NCBI GenBank assembly: GCA_964016885.1
Contig: OZ024752.1
Location: 15,624,001-15,688,000 of the forward strand
From: Eledone cirrhosa
Lineage: Eukaryota
DNA: 64,000 nt
Direction: 5' to 3'
Shown here: piece by piece, positions 62,498-64,000 of the stretch
Numbering within the stretch: position 1 is the stretch's first letter
Layout: each line of letters begins with the position of its first letter
Translations under genes and position numbers: made by a program
Notes under the pieces: model-generated
Told to the model about the DNA's origin: nothing
The model's database searches: none
What the model saw: the letters and a program-made list of their open reading frames with translations, nothing else

Positions 62498-62500
<3 letters not shown>
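62362..62500 (+). mobile_element. Terminal fragment of the Neptune-like pLTR
   Basis: gaactgcgaagccggtaaag...aagactccagttgcatttt matches the reverse complement of 53790-53890. Confidence 0.75.
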
Positions 62501-62560
<60 letters not shown>

Positions 62561-62680
62561 GTATGTATATATGTATACATATATATATACATACATATTT
62601 ATATAAATGTATGTATATATGTATACTTACATATATATATACATACATATTTATATAAATATATATATATATATATATAT

Positions 62681-62878
62681 AGTAATAATAATAAATTTCA
62701 AGACTAAAATCCAAAGAGTGCTCGATAAGGATAAATATATAGCAAATATATAAGAACCGTAGAGCAAATATTTATTAAAATAACAGATTAAAGTATAAGC
62801 AAAGAATCGCTGCTTTCACCCTATGGTGAAATCAGCGATTCTTTGCTTAAACTTTATCTGTTATTTTAATAAATAAAT
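62681..62878. mobile_element. Asymmetric fold-back, same family as 50574
   Basis: Pivot ttcacc-ctat-ggtgaa at 62821-62824; left arm ~85 bp longer. Confidence 0.8.
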
Positions 62879-63040
62879 ATATATATATATACGTATACAT
62901 ATATATATATATATACATATTTATATAAATGCATATATATATATATATGTACGTAGAGAGGGTGGGGGAGAGAAGCATCAAGTATTTTGTACATATCTAT
63001 AAAGCGTATAACATTTAATCAAATGTACACATATCTTATT

Positions 63041-63082
<42 letters not shown>

Positions 63083-64000
63083 TGAGTGTGTGTGTGTGTA
63101 CATGTGTATGTGTGTGTGTGTGTGTGTACATTAAAATCAATAACAGAGGGCCGGACTGGTTCCTTTATATATATTAATTCCGGGAGAACACTATATATAT
63201 ATATATATAATTCAATGGCCCAGCTCCATAATCCGAATATCATGCACAATCCAGACGATTCCATCAATTATTATTTACGGAATTAGTTATATAAGAGAAC
63301 AGAAAATTGCCGAACACAAACAGGGAAGAAAAAATAGTAAAATAAAACTTGTGATTCTTACTATATTCAATACGGAAATATTTTCTGAACGAAACTATAG
63401 AACGATCTGCAGTCTCTCTGAAACGATATTGGGGCTTTTCTTTCCCTGCCAGATAAAATTAAACTTCGTTTAGAAAGCGGTTCCAGCACAGTGAAGCTTT
63501 CGTCATCAACATTGATATTTTATTCATCAACATAAATATCATCTACAATATCGTTTTATCAATTTTCATTCAGAACTAACTTAATCATTTTGATATTATT
63601 AGCTAGATTTCAATCTTAAATTGTCTTATTAAATTTTCTATTATAATTTAATCATTTCCCTACTTTTAATTATTCTAAATGTCTGTATATCATTTTAATT
63701 GTTTAAAAAGATTAAACTAGATTTGAATGCGTGAATCCGTATATATCATTCACACAACTTTACAAAATTATTCTTCAAGTCATTTTCAATCACATTATAA
63801 TTAGAAATCATTATGGGTAGGTACAGTTAAACGATGTCTTTGTATGTTACCAATAGACACTCCCCCTCTCTTCAATTTTCTCCTGACGTTACACTGCTTG
63901 GATAACATTTTCTAATACCTTCACTTCATCCAATCTTTCTCATACCTTCAGTTTATCCAATCTTCTCTCATTGTTTTTCTACTTCCATTCTTCTTCATTC

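Noticed and set aside
63455-63510. HHR-like motif on the minus strand
   Set aside because: Both core boxes are mutated (UUGAUGA, UAAAC); too weak to list as a feature

Overview
Repeat-saturated, AT-rich animal genomic DNA. The SINE and LINE types resemble those of cephalopods/octopus (inference, no database search). No host protein-coding gene is recognisable. A large part of the window is compound (AT)n/(CA)n microsatellite, which explains the many YIYIY/CVCV ORFs, and there is a 200-N gap at 18672-18871. Embedded in the (AT)n tracts are at least five Penelope-like element (PLE) copies or fragments, two large RTE LINEs with a C4HC3 PHD-like finger inside the RT, a CR1-type LINE 3' end, two CRE-like 3' ends, a decayed hATm-like transposon, a MITE and tRNA-derived SINEs. 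The main signal is a population of ORF-less elements carrying minimal type I hammerhead ribozymes (HHRs), the clearest being a young 3 x ~468-bp array at 60.4-62.0 kb. These elements and the PLE termini repeatedly insert into (AT)n as asymmetric fold-backs with two reproducible end points, consistent with an (AT)n-targeting PLE/retrozyme system.
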